Shown here piece after piece: positions 27,169 through 41,276 of a stretch of 64,000 nucleotides of DNA. A program made the position numbers and the translations under genes. Origin of the DNA: Octopus sinensis (taxonomy: Eukaryota); contig NC_042997.1 in NCBI RefSeq assembly GCF_006345805.1, positions 25,854,001-25,918,000 on the forward strand. The letters are read 5' to 3'. The notes beneath the pieces are model-generated. The model was not told where the DNA came from. It did no database searches and saw nothing but the letters and a program-made list of their open reading frames with translations. Every line of letters begins with the position of its first letter. Position 1 is the stretch's first letter.

Positions 27169-27989
27169 TTAAGGAAATTTCGAACCTGGGTTCTCATTCC
27201 TAATGTACGAGAACGTTGTGTTAAACAACGAACAAGATAAGGACAAATATCCGTCGATTGTAAATAATGTAAATAGTTTACATAATTCCCCATTTCTTAA
27301 ATATAGAACTGATTATTCAAAGTGTTTGAAACTTTGGTGTGAGCTTTTAGGGTACCAGTTTGGTGTGATTTTCTATTATTGCCTGTTGAAACAATAACAC
27401 ATATGTTGCTTCAAAGATTTTTTTCCACATTCAGAATTATACGCTGCCTCGGCGCCATTTGCGCCGATGGTGTTGCTGTAACGTTTAACATTACCTTCTA
27501 CCATATATGTGTTATATAATGTGTATGTTTACATATATTTCTAAATAAAACAGCAATGGATCTAGCATAGTACATACAAGACACGTCTCTTGGAGTGACA
27601 AATTATATCTTCGTCCTTTTATATCGTATATATGTAAAAATATGAGAAGAAAAAATCAAGATTCCCTTATATTCAGATTATTGAGGGCTATCACGAAAGA
27701 CATCGAATAGTATTGATATATTTCTGTCTTCACTCCTTAATCCGAGGTCGAATTATGTTTTAGATTTTCTTATGTGTGCTGCATAATTCTACTCTGAGGT
27801 ATTGTTCTCACACAACGAAGGACAAAATCATTTCACCTAGGCTTGTAATCATTTCAGAAATGGCTATTCACCATGAATACCTTAATACTACCGTCACCAG
27901 TTTGTTGTCGCCTTCGTGGTTGGAAATAGTTTAGCATTATCAGTGTTTCCACCAACGATAATACCGTCCTCCTCTCCTTCTCCACCGCT

Positions 27990-28053
27990 TCCTCCTCATC
28001 ATCATTATCATCACCACCACCAACACCACCACCACCATTGTCACCATTGTCAC

Positions 28054-28150
<97 letters not shown>

Positions 28151-28298
28151 TCATCATCATTAGTAGTAGCAGTAGCATTCGCAGCAGCTGCAGCAGCATT
28201 TCTCACATCAACAACAGTACCAGCGCTAACATCACCACTATCATCATCTTCATGATTATCATTATCTTCATCATTACCATCAATGTCATCCTTCACAT

Positions 28299-28354
<56 letters not shown>

Positions 28355-28990
28355 CTGGACACCAGCATCAACGTCATCACCACCATCAATCACACCTTCG
28401 CCAAAAGCAACGACACTACGACCACCATCATCATCATCATCATCATAATTATCATTAATCACGACGACGACCACCATCACTACAATCATCATCATCATCC
28501 CCATCAACAACATCATCATCATTTCCATCGACGCCAACACCACCGCCTCTACCACCAACACACCACCACTGCCATCCTCCCCTCCTCATCATCATTATCA
28601 TATTCACGACCAACACCACCACCACCACCATCACCATAATCATCATCATTACCATTGGCTCCAACACCACCGCCTCTACCACCAACATACCACCACTGCC
28701 CTCCTCCTCCTCCTCATCGTCATCGTCATAATCATCATCATCAAGATTATCATAATCACGACGACGACGACCACTAACACCACAACCACTATCATCATCA
28801 TCTTCATCATCGACATCATTATCATCGACGCCCACACCACCGCCTCTACCACCAACACACCACCACTGCCATCAACATCATCATCATCATCATCATCACG
28901 AACGTCGTCATCACCGTGTCTATCGTCATTGTCAGTGTTGCTAATGTTGTTCGTCACTACTGACACTGACGGTGCCACCTCATTCATGCA
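27990..28990. repeat. (CAT)n/(CAC)n low-complexity tract with (CT)n and a reiterated ~35 bp unit
   Basis: caccaccgcctctaccaccaaca(c/t)accaccactgcc recurs near 28538, 28665 and 28836. Confidence 0.9.
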
Positions 28991-29174
28991 ACAGCAGAAG
29001 AACGATAGGAAAACTTATTATAGATATCACTCTAGCTGACACAAAGAACACAATTAAAAGCAAGTGAAAATTACTCAAGCCTCTATTGAAAAATGTCACC
29101 AGATCCGAAATAATTTCTTTCTAACTTTTCTAACCAACGAAATAGATACAGTAATCAGAAAATCTTGATTGTTC

Positions 29175-29466
29175 TCAGCTTGTTCGCTCATCTTGTTGCC
29201 TTCTTTTTCCTGGAAACACTATTGTTGCCGAAAAGAAACCAATCGTTTTCTCTGCTTTGTCGCTTAATTTGAAATCAATTTTCGCTATGCAGTAAGAGGA
29301 TGACTCTGGGGCGGATTTCGCGTAACACTGCAAAATAAGCCCTACGGCCTCGGCATCTCCAGATAGCGTGAAAACAGTTAAATTCTCTAACAGGATACGT
29401 TTTGGCTGGCGCATGCCTGCGAGTGTTGTATGGCAGTCGTCATTCAAGTCCTTGTTGTAAGTGAAT
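29175..29466 (-). CDS. Candidate terminal coding exon (phase 2) of an unidentified gene; possibly a beta-sandwich (C2- or CUB-like) domain
   Basis: Long pyrimidine tract ending ttttcag at 29467. Only one frame is open: FTYNKDLNDDCHTTLAGMRQPKRILLENLTVFTLSGDAEAVGLILQCYAKSAPESSSYCIAKIDFKLSDKAEKTIGFFSATIVFPGKRRQQDERTS*. Non-repetitive and GC-richer than the flanks. Confidence 0.55.
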
Positions 29467-29570
29467 CTGAAAATAGAAAAGCAAGAGAGCGAAAGGAAAT
29501 GAAAGCGAGCAACAGAATGAGAAGTAAAAGCCTTCAGTGAAAAGGGGAAAGTAAGGAAAATAAAGAGAGT

Positions 29571-29609
<39 letters not shown>

Positions 29610-30549
29610 GAATAAGCAAAGTGACAAGAGAAATAAGGTAAGTGATGAGAAAAGGGAGAATACATGATGTGTGTGCAACGGAGGTGTAAGAAGAGAATGA
29701 GATACATACATATACACACATACATATGAAGTTTATGCAGGAAAAGAAAAAAATAAGATTATAAAACTAAGAGAAAATAAAAGCTAGGGAAAGTGAGTAA
29801 GAAGAGGTGATGACAGTATAAAGAGAGTGTCTGGAGAGGAATATGATGTAGGTGGGAGAGTAAGTGGAATGGGTGCTGCTAAGCAATCAGCAACTGATTA
29901 GGCAGGAAAATGAGAGGCACTGCCATAATAAATGGATGCTAGATATTTATTTCAGTTTCATTTCGTGCAATTATTTAAACAAAATAAGGTCGTTTGGATA
30001 TGGAAAATGGAGTAAAAAAAAATATATAGGAAGGAAAATAAAAAAACAAAGCCGTCAGCTGTTTGACTTAGAAGGGTTATAAGAAGAAGTTTTGAGTTTC
30101 GAAAACTGTGGAGAATATATAAAGGTGGCGATGGAGGGGTTAGTAATAATGAAGCAGATGACGACGACGACAATGGCAGCGATGGTGGTGATGGCGATGT
30201 CAGAAAAGTGGAAGTTGATGTATTTTGTAGGGGAGGTGCAATGGTTTGTGTTGATAAAGATGATTATGCTTGTGGTATTAGGATATAGGTGGTGGTGATG
30301 GTGTTAGCATAGTGTTTATGCATCTACACATATAGGTACGCTTATTTCTTTCTACTGTAAACTCAGCATGAATACACACACACACACACACACATATACA
30401 GGTGTATATGTACTTAAATAGGGATGCTATTAAAATACCATTACGAGTGGTAAGCGAATTATCATCCGTACAGGCAAATTAATAAATTATATACATACAC
30501 TATTAGATATGTATATATATGTACACAAGGGTACTATATGAGTACCTAT

Positions 30550-30700
30550 ATCGCTAAAAAATAGCAGTCGATAAATACTTCTGTACCACTGAATAGTCAC
30601 AAATCTGTTACAAACATGATAGGAAAAAATATCAGTGAACAAATATAATGTCTTACCTCTAGTGGGCCAGAACAAGTAAATGCTGGCCAACCTGGTACAG
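30550..30700 (+). repeat. Diverged relative of the 22590-22710 sequence (single arm)
   Basis: Shares aatagcagtcgata and atgtcttacctctag in the same order. Confidence 0.45.
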
Positions 30701-30887
30701 GTTTCGAAATTTAGCGCCAAATAGGTGATCGATATCTCCTCAGCCAAGTCTGCCTGCTAAATTACTACTAACATTCTCCCCCACCATGCCTGCAAAAGTT
30801 CGTTTGAAATGACCAAGCACTATAGGAACAAACGAAATTTGTATATGTATATATATTTATATCTATATCTACCTATGAATACATATG

Positions 30888-30923
<36 letters not shown>

Positions 30924-30928
30924 CACAC

Positions 30929-30971
<43 letters not shown>

Positions 30972-33059
30972 TATATAATATATATGTATACATAAAGTAT
31001 GTAATATACATATATATACAGACACACACATATGTGTGCGTGTGTATGTAGACTCGACTTAACGTTAATCTTTCAACAAGAGGACCATATTATTAGTTGA
31101 ACATCGACTTTACTTTCATCTTCTTAAAAGAAATAGAACTAGTTATATGGAGAAAGTTCTTGCATAATATCTGACTAGATATATTCTTGTATATCGTTTT
31201 ATTTAAGACGTCTATGTGACAGAAAGTTATTTTCTTTCATTCGTTGTGTACTTTTTGAATCGTTGTATTTTCAGTGACGGGCTTGACCAGCTAAACAGTC
31301 ACTGATGAGAGGGCATTTCAGATTTAGCTGAGCGGGTAAAATGTTGCGTGTTTGGACATTGCAATTGGTCACGTGGCTGACCATTATTTCAATGATATCC
31401 CTTCGTCTAGAGACACGTTTCAGTGTTAGGCGCCAAACATATATAATGGGAAGTAAAGATGAATTCTGATATTTTCTTTGTTTAGGATTCGGGCAGGATA
31501 ACTGAATACAGATGATGTAGGATTTAGCTTTTTGCAATGAATTATTGTAAATTTAAATATTTATCAGATATAAATTCTAAAGATATTTTTGTGAAAGAAA
31601 AATGAAATTAATCTGAATTCTCTGAATTTTTTTCGGCTTAACCGGTTCATTATTTTTCAAAAACGAATAACTTAAAATTATTTCATTTCCGTTTGGTACT
31701 TACACCATCAGGAAAACAACATTCTCAAATCTTTCTGTTTAGTTAGATGAATTTCTTTTACAAAACTGGTTGCATACTGTTCACTTTAGTCTATTTTACT
31801 TAAAATAGTGTCACCCAAAATAAGTCTCCATTCAATAATAAAGTAAATATAGTATCAAACCACGATTCTGTTTTGTTTTCATAAATCTAATAATTCAAAT
31901 CCTTGATCAGCTTACACCATAACTCAGAAATCTAGTGTATAATACATATTGTATGACATTATTCACTCAACAGATAACAATTACGATATTCGGCAAACAA
32001 ATAATAGTTTAATAATCAATAATATAAATCCAGATACACAAACTACATATACAGAATTTGTCTGATGTAATACACGCTTAAAGTTAGTTGTGATTTTCGG
32101 AAAGATAAGGTTACTAAACAAGCAGTTCTTAATTCTCTCACCATAAATGAAATATCACTTGGTTATTTCATTATTCCATATAATAAGCAATAGATATATA
32201 TCTAGAAAATACTTATATAACAGTCGCCTTTAATAAATTTAGAAGTAGTTATGAATAATATATTTTGAAATTTAAGAAAATAACATATCGTATAACTTCA
32301 CCCTTTAATTTAAGTTTTCAGTATACAAAATTACATACATTTTAGTATATAAAAATTGTAATATAAAATTTATAAAATAAAGAAAATGATAATAAATATT
32401 CAGCGAAAAATGAAATGTAGTTATATAACATACAAAACTGCAGTAGCTTTCCCGAAATAATATATGTGAAAAGTTTGGAAAAATTCATTTTGAAAGTGAA
32501 AGATTTGTTCCATGATTTCCGATACCGATAGCATAATAAGTGCGTGTTAATCAGATTTCCTGCATACGTAATTTTCAAAAGATGTGCACACTTATTTAAA
32601 TCATATTCTCATGCAAACCACGCAACGAAGTGACGTATAAACGCATGTTTGAACCAAATTATATATTATGTCCCTGAATCCGGAATCATGTAGTTGAGAA
32701 GCAAGCTTCTTACCACGCAGCTACGCCTGTACGGACATTTAATATATATTTGAATACTCCACTAGAACGGACGAAAGCGGTAATATATGATATATGATGT
32801 ATAAAAACATGTAATATACAAATAAATATCTGTAAATATAATCCGAATTTCTCAGTACCTCATTTCTTTAATATAAAATACCTGTACATCATCTCCAATA
32901 TATATATATATATATCTATATATATATATATATAATTATATATTATATATATTATATATATATATGCGTCCAATAATACTTTATTTGTTCCACGTCCTCG
33001 CGTTGCTGTGTTTTTTTTGTTTTCTTGTTTGGATTAACTTATAAATATATATATATATA

Positions 33060-33110
<51 letters not shown>

Positions 33111-33727
33111 CGTGTGGTGTGTGTGTGTATAATTCGAAGTGTTCAGTATTATATATATATCAATTACACCCAATCTTAATCAGTTTCGCACTAAGTGTTC
33201 AATGGAATGTTCGATAAGAGTCCGATTATGTAACCTTTCACTCTTCAGAGGTACCCCTGATGGAATGAATATGGCGTCTGCTCTATATTATTTGAGGTGA
33301 AAAGATACATCCAGTTTGTGTTTGCATGCTTAGTATATACACATGAAACTAATCTAATGAAATTATTACTGAAGACAGTATAATCAAATTTCAGATTTCA
33401 CAATAACGTATTTTAATTATGAATATATTTTTTTATATTACACTTATTTTATCAGTCCAGATACTTCAGGTAAAATCCCCTCATCAAGAACTTTAACAAA
33501 CCAGGTAGATCAAGAGAGAAATTTCGTGCGTAATTTCAGTTCATACCTACATTTTCTCTTTCGATTTGACCAAATTGTTGCATCTCACGCATTTCATCTC
33601 ATATACGAGGTAAGATACGTTCATATATCTGTACTGCGTCTGAGCATCTCGCCATTGAGATACGATCTGGCATCGAAAGGCAACTCTTTCGAATTTTAGT
33701 TCTGGAGAGAAGTTGGCATATATTTAA

Positions 33728-33957
33728 GGCGGCGAGCTGGCAGAAACGTTAGCACGCCGGGCGAAATGCGTTGCCGTATTTCGTCTGCCGTTACGTTCCG
33801 AGTTCAAATTCCGCCGAGGTCGACTTTGCCTTATCCTTCCGGGGTCGATAAATTAAGTACCAGTTGCGCACTGGGGTCGATGTAATCGAACTTAATCCGT
33901 TTGTCTGTCCTTGTTTGTCTCCTCTGTGTTTAGCCCCTTGTGGGTAGTAAAGAAATA
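33728..33957 (+). mobile_element. SINE A, single full-length copy
   Basis: ggcggcgagctggcagaaacgttagcacgcc...gttcaaattccgccgagg...gccccttgtgggtagtaaagaaata; close match to 19632. Confidence 0.93.
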
Positions 33958-34260
33958 TATATATATGTGTAAATATATGCGCACACACACACACATACAA
34001 ATAAACGCATGCGTGCATACACAAGTAGATTATTAATATTTACCAACACACGCACACATATCTGTGTGTTTATATTTATATGTGTGTGTGTGTGTGATGT
34101 GTGTATACATTTATGTATATTTCTACGAATATATTTATGCGTGAGTGCATACATATATTTGTTATGTGCGTATGTGTGCGTACACAAAGTAAAAACACCG
34201 CACTAGCCATATATGTTTTCCTCAGGGTTCTGTACCGACACTACTTTTCTTCATTATACC

Positions 34261-34360
34261 NNNNNNNNNNNNNNNNNNNNNNNNNNNNNNNNNNNNNNNN
34301 NNNNNNNNNNNNNNNNNNNNNNNNNNNNNNNNNNNNNNNNNNNNNNNNNNNNNNNNNNNN
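34261..34360. other. Assembly gap (100 N)
   Basis: Run of n. Confidence 1.
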
Positions 34361-34458
34361 GGCTATAGTAGAAGACACCTGCCCAAGGTGCCACGAAGTG
34401 GGACTGAACCCGGAGCCATGTGGCTGGTAAGCAAGCTGCTACCACACAGCCACGCCTA
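34361..34458 (-). mobile_element. SINE B head, cut by the gap
   Basis: Reverse complement of ggcgtggctgtgtggtagcagcttgcttaccagccacatggctccgggttcagtcccac. Confidence 0.88.
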
Positions 34459-34666
34459 CACCTATATATATATATATGTATATATATAGAGAGAGAGAGA
34501 GCGGGGGGAAGGTAGATAGGTAGATAGATTGATAAGTAGATAGACAGACAGATAGATAGATAAGTAGATAGATAGAAAGATGGAGAGAGAGAGAGAGATA
34601 GAGAGATAGTTAGGTAAATTGATGGATAGATAATTAGATAGATAGCAACACACACACACACACACA

Positions 34667-34699
<33 letters not shown>

Positions 34700-35287
34700 C
34701 ACATATATATATATATAGTTTATATATACACATCGATATATCTGTGCATATACATATAGATATGACTGCACCCCTGTTTTTTATGTGTATACATATATAT
34801 TCAATAATTCAAAGAGAGGGAGAGGGAGAGCGAGGGAGGGAGAAAGATAGAGAGGGTTATATATATATAATATATATATCTATATATAATATATATACAC
34901 CCACGCCCAGAGACACTAACAAGCTCGTCATATGTGTGTATATGAATATATATATATACATATATATATATATATGATTGTTTGTGTGTGTGCATGTACG
35001 TGTGTGTGTGTGTAAGTATACGTACGTATATATATTTATGTCTCTCCTCGTCACTGATAGTAAGCTGCGGCCATGCTGGTGCACCACCATTTAAGCTCTG
35101 GCACAAGTGTATACGTATATATGTGCGTTTGTTTGCTTGTATATATATATATATGTATATACATGGCATGCATAATTTTGCTTTATTTATGTACACCTCT
35201 ACAACCTGTAGCGCACACACCTTTGTACACAAACACACACCCGTAGCTATACATACAGCTGAAGTATATTTACATCCTCTCTCTCCT

Positions 35288-35324
<37 letters not shown>

Positions 35325-35906
35325 TGTTTCTCAATCTACAGATATGAATATATTTTTGGTTGGCGTATCCAAGTGTTTGTTTTTTCTGTCCGTGTGTATT
35401 TTTCTATTTCTCTATACATACGTGAACACATGACGGGTGGCTCTGCAATATATCTACATAAGTCATCTGTGAGAAGATATTACCTTTAATTATTAATGTT
35501 ACTGTTATTTACAATGTAAGTATCGTAGACCACTGCTGTTTATCTAGTAAATAAGTCTCACATAACAAAACTTATGCGATTTCTTTGGCTTCTCTACTGT
35601 CATACACTGTTAGGCTTTTTCTTTTTCATGACTTATAAACAACACACTAACGTGACAGAGACAAAAATCATTCAAGCAACATAACAAGAGTTTGTTTTTT
35701 TTTTTCCGGCTAGACGCATTGACACATACTACAAGCATCGATATCTATATATATTTACATACATTTTTATACACACACAGACACAGACACAAACACACAC
35801 ACACACACAACAAACTCACATGTGTATAAACAAATAAAATATGAATTAGACATTTACTCTCTAACCTCACTTGTCTTATGTTTTATTTACGCATATACAT
35901 ATATAC

Positions 35907-35942
<36 letters not shown>

Positions 35943-35958
35943 GTGTATATGTATATAT

Positions 35959-36307
35959 ATTCGGAATATTGTGAATAAAGGATTCAACGTTAGTTCTATG
36001 TCAGCGAGTATATATAAGAATTTTTTGCCTAATAAGATAAAAACCAAGGCTGTATGTATATATATATATATATATATAATAATATATATAATATAATATA
36101 TATATATGCGAGTGTGTGATTATATGCATATGAATATAACATATATATATATATATATATATTACGTAATATGATAAAAAGAAACCAAGACTGTATAGAT
36201 ATGAGAGCATACAGCGTTGGTTTTTTATCTTATTAGGCAAAAAATTCTTATATACACTCGCTAACATAGAACTAACGTTGAACCCTTTATTCACAATATT
36301 ACCGAAT
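35959..36307. mobile_element. Foldback / MITE-like element with ~100 bp inverted arms around a microsatellite core
   Basis: 35959-36056 is the reverse complement of 36208-36307, with few mismatches. The same peptide appears on both strands in the ORF track. Confidence 0.85.
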
Positions 36308-36424
36308 CTGGAACTTAACTATGGTCTATCTATAGCACTTTTTCAGCATTACCTGACACCTTTGGGTCTCAATGATACCATTATCTCTTATAACCTCAAC
36401 TTCTCACTATATATATATATATAT

Positions 36425-36718
36425 AAAACTTAGATAAAAGTTAGATAAAACTTAGATATGTTTCGACCAAAGATTGGTCCAGGCCATGTCTAACTTAATA
36501 GCACCACCTGATAGGATTATCTAAATCCATTTTAAGTCAAGTTTTGTTTATGGTCCATTCAAGTACTGAGTTCTTGTTGAGTGCTTTGTATCCAGGTATG
36601 GGTGGCTTATCTGGTATTCCTTGAAGAAATCTGCCCAGATTCCGTTTAAACGGGGTGATGAGATCATTTTCCTCTTTAATCAATTTGGGGACAATGTTAA
36701 ACAGAGCAGCGCCTGTTG
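36425..36718 (-). mobile_element. CR1-group LINE 3' fragment (same lineage as 60867-63927)
   Basis: GAALFNIVPKLIKEENDLITPFKRNLGRFLQGIPDKPPIPGY. The 3' UTR is nearly identical to 60867-60960, with an (ATCTAAGTTTT)n-type tail. Confidence 0.92.
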
Positions 36719-37849
36719 TATATATATATATATATATACACACACATATATATATATATATCTATATATATAATATATATATATATTTATATATGTATGT
36801 AATTTATGTATGTATGTATGTATGTATGAATGTATGTATGTATGTATGAATGTATGGATGTATGTATGTATTTACGTATATATACATGTATATAGTATGT
36901 ATGTAAGTATGTATGTATGCATGTATGTACGTATGTATATATGTACGTATGTATATATACAAACATACAGTGCAGGACAAAATACCACAAGAAATCTAAA
37001 ACCTCCTCAGTTGTCGACTGTTAATTACTCCCTATTTTGAGCTTTCAACAACAATATAGGAAAACTTCATTAAACAGCAGCATTCACAATTTTTTAAAAT
37101 ATAAATTTGTGGAGAGGTTAGAGCTTCGAACGAACAAACAACGACAGGGTGGACGTACAGAGTAAACAATCGGTGAAGACAAATATTAATGGCCGTTGGG
37201 CCAATACGCATTGCAATGGGTAACGCCTGGGAGAAATTCTGAAATGATATAGAATATATCTGACACTACTGAGATTGAAACCGTTTTTTTTTTCTTTATA
37301 CTTAGCGAAATAAACATGTGCAGAAAATATACTGCAGGGAAGGCGTTCTGGAAAGGATAGATCTTGTGTATTGGTTCATGGCGTGCTTTGCTAAATGGAG
37401 ATTTTAAATGCCTGAGTAGAAATATAGTGTCTCTTTGTTTGATTAAATTTCAGTAGATATCACACGAAACTAGTCAATTCCGAGAGGTCAATACTATCGC
37501 GGTCGTGGTAATAATGCGTTGATAAGAGACAATGGTCTGAGGATGAATCACGTCTCTATGCTATTCCATATCAATTAGCTTAATTATTCTTTTCTGCATG
37601 TGTCTGACTGTCCAGTAGCAGTTCCATCCTAGATATTGGAGCAACACTCCGGTAAGTTTGTAAACTGTCAGCAATAAAGGTATGAGACAATTTACGAACT
37701 AGATACGACAAGCAATCGGAGGATTTTGTTGCTGTACTTTCAGTAGGAAAATTCTCAATTTTAGTGAGGCCAAATTATTTTGAAATATTTTGAGGTCCTC
37801 TGTTTTGTGCTTTTCATGTTTAAGCAGGTTGTGATGTGATAATACTTAC

Positions 37850-38024
37850 TTGTTCTTGAATAGCCTATGTTTCTTGTTCTTGCTGATAGTGACACGACTG
37901 GTATATTTCCATGGAGAGGTATTTGAAAGGACTATGATTGGGCGTGAGATCAAGCAAGCGGTCGATGTAGTGAAGGAAGAGATGGCGTGGACAAAAGTTA
38001 GGCAAGATCAAGGCCTGCGTAAAT
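37850..38024. CDS. Candidate coding exon, strand unresolved
   Basis: Minus: catag|...SNTSPWKYTSRVTISKNKKHRLFKN|GTAAGT (37850-37931), ending in phase 2, which fits the 29466 exon. Plus: open frame LCFLFLLIVTRLVYFHGEVFERTMIGREIKQAVDVVKEEMAWTKVRQDQGLRK*. Confidence 0.3.
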
Positions 38025-41000
38025 AGTGGCTTTCCACCAGTGTTTTTTTTAATCATCTTCTGTAAGTGTCGTAGTACATTCTACTTGTTCCTCTTTCAAA
38101 ATAGATTAAAGCTGAAATCAATTCATATTCAGTCTAGACATTGTTTCAGTGTTGTATGGTGTTACTCAGTTTGTTTTTACAAAATAACAGCACTCAAAAC
38201 GTACGAGTTGGAAGTGAACGAATGAAGAGTAAGACTCAAGAACAAACTTCTCAAACTTCTCATGATGTCCTTTCAAAAAATTAACTCAAAATATGAAATT
38301 CTTAAGAACTGAAATCTTCGAAATCCAATCACAAGATACAGCTACCAATTACCAACTCAACAAAGACTTGGACGGTTCACAACATGCATAACATGTGAAT
38401 GGTATTCATGTATATATTTCTTGTACATTTGAGGGCAATGTTAATTTTATCTTGGAACACTGCCTCTTGAATATTCCCAAACATTTCATTTCAGCAAATT
38501 TTGAAGCTTATAACCGCTTCGATAGTAAAGTTATAAGCTTCAAAATCACCTATAAAGAAAAAAAAAACAGTGAGGTACTTAATGAAGAAAGAGACAGTAT
38601 GGTACTTAAATTCGAATAGATGACTGAAAGCATAGATTGTCACATGAGAATGGCACTAATATGGTCAGTGGCATTACATAATCTCATTAAGATACGATAC
38701 TCAAATGACCTTGCTCAATTAATACAGAATGCCCACCTTCAGGTCCACTGCTCCGACTAAATAAGGAAAAATATGTCCTTTTCTTAATTTGAATATGCTT
38801 CAACTCAAGAAATATTGGTTAAACGTTTTACAAAACTTCTACTAATATTGATCGCCTGGTAGAGCTGATCAATACAAGACATAAAATCATGTTCAATTAC
38901 AGTGGTTAGATGTCCGTTAAATGTAAACATTTTTCTCCTATATCAGTGAAAATATATCAGTCAAATGATCCGAAGGTTATAATTATAGTCTCTATACGTC
39001 GATTTTATTTATGCCTATAATCATTGATACGCTTGACTATGTAAAATGTGGTAACGTAAAGATATCTCTGGATTTCAGTCTTAGAAAGTGACCACAGTGC
39101 AAATATATAAGCGGAATAGTAAAAACGTATGCAAGATGATTTCCTTCAAAACTGTATTTTAATTACGAGTCGAACCTATTTACTTTACTCTGTTTATAAT
39201 GAAATCAATTTGGTTGAATTATGAATATTTCAAAGACCTATGAAACATATCTCACCGATTTGTGGCATTTTATAAATATATAATAGATTATATAAGATGT
39301 TAACTATCTCAACAAATATTTAACTGATGAAACGTGTTCCAGTTATATTAGATAAAAAAAACCTCTCGGAAAAATGACGTCCTTTCTCCTTTTTACTTTT
39401 CTACTTAATTCAGTTAGCTTGGGAGAAAAGCAGTCCTATTACGACAGTTGTGTAACTGGAATATCTATAACTGCGCGGGTTGGGAAAGAGCTTGTATTAA
39501 CCGGAATCGAATCCTAACTCATGAAACAGAGTGAACTTGATAAAGTACCAGATAGGGAGATGAAATTGGCCGGATTGTTCGAACTATATTTAATTTTCAT
39601 TTTATAATCCACTCACAAGGCTTATAACTGTACAGTAATAGTAATGGTGATAATTATAATGCTGGTGATAATAAGTACCACTACTGCTACCACTACCACC
39701 ACTAACAACAATAATAAGGGTGATGGTGAGGATGGTAGTAGTGTTGACCATATTAACATTGACGCGATTGAAATGTAAAAAATTCTGGTATAGTAACAAT
39801 AGAATTCCAAATATATAACCAAACAATTATTCCTTTAGGTGCGGGCAAAGAAAAGAATCCTTGAGGTGTCCACCAAAACTTGACGTCTAAGCCACATACT
39901 GATTCGTCGAAATGGAATTAGAATTTGGCGCGTTTACCAAACCGAGAAATCTAAGCAACATACCGATTGGTCAAAATGCAGTTTGTAAGATTCAGCCGAT
40001 TAGAGCCCATCGGAAGGTATTTAAAGGGTAAATCTAACCATTTGTCTACAGTTGTCAATTGTGGAACATGGCTATCACTACATAAACCTGATGAATGTAC
40101 TTAATACCTGATAAAAGTACTTGTATATTTCAATATTGTAAAATTGTAAAAATTGCAAATAATACGTGAAAATCAGACTTGATAGGAATTTTATCAATAT
40201 ATATATATATATATATACATACATACATACATACATTCATACATATATACATACATACATACATACATGTATATACTTTATATATAGTGTGTTTATATGT
40301 GTGAACATTAGAATGTGTATTTATCAAAGGCTGTCTGTGTATTCAGTACAGTAACTATGCTTACATTGCGATGTGTAATACACTTGTAGTTATTAGTAAA
40401 TGTGTATGAATATATGAATACACACTGATGCTTATATGTGACACCTTGACTACCTAAATGCTTAGATATTAAGATTACTTTGTCGTAATTGAACAGAGAA
40501 ATTGGAAATAAACAATCTCAATCTAAAATAGAAATTATTGTTACAAATAGCAAAAGCAGGAAAAAGGTAAATTGAAAATATAATAACTTTTAAATTAACA
40601 ATAAACTAAACAATTTGTTAGCAACAATTAAAGTGCAGGCTAGACATTAGATTTAACAGTTTGTATAGACTAACATTTTTCGCTGATGTCAGCAATTTGG
40701 AGAATTGAAGTTGAGGAGGATTTTAATGAAGTATGTGTATTTATATTTAAATCTTTGTATAGATACATACACACTCATGCATTGATATATATATAATACA
40801 CACATATACATACATATTTATACATAGATACATAGATACACACCTATAGATACATATTCATACATAGATACATAGATACATAGATACATACATAAGAACG
40901 CGTTCACACACACACACACACGATGTGTGTGCATGTATGTGTGTTGTTGACGTCATGTGGGCTTTTTATAAACTTTTAAAAGAATGTGAAGTAATTCATT

Positions 41001-41276
41001 TTCGGTATAATGGATCTCGATGCACCTAAAGCTATAAATAATAGGATAAAAATATTGGTTTGAGAAACACTTTTCGATAGATAATTTCAAAGGCTTTCGG
41101 CATTTTATATCATAAAGAGTTTTTCAAACCAATATTTATTTACATACTATTATTTATAGCACTATGTGTTTCGAGATCCATTATTCTAAAGAATATATAT
41201 ATATATATATATATATATTATGTGAAATAGAAAGATGAATAATCTTGTAGTAGATTAATCAAAGTTTAACCGATAC

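Larger units (their letters stand above)
26675..27316. mobile_element. Penelope-like terminal-repeat cluster: two direct copies (26675-26819, 27015-27202) plus one inverted partial copy (27210-27316)
   Basis: Repeated cattcgacggata.ttgtcct.atcttgttt.ttgttaa.acaac...gaacctgggttctcattc. Direct-plus-inverted arrangement with embedded hammerhead motifs. Confidence 0.7.

Noticed and set aside
31272-31335. Plus-strand exon with good acceptor and donor
   Set aside because: All three frames contain stops, and there is no supporting neighbour.
33225-33260. Additional hammerhead candidates (also near 12640 and 42445)
   Set aside because: Only one core box is recognisable and the stems do not pair.
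41045-41142. Small inverted repeat (~20 bp arms)
   Set aside because: Short and AT-rich, with no TSD or second copy, so it could be chance.
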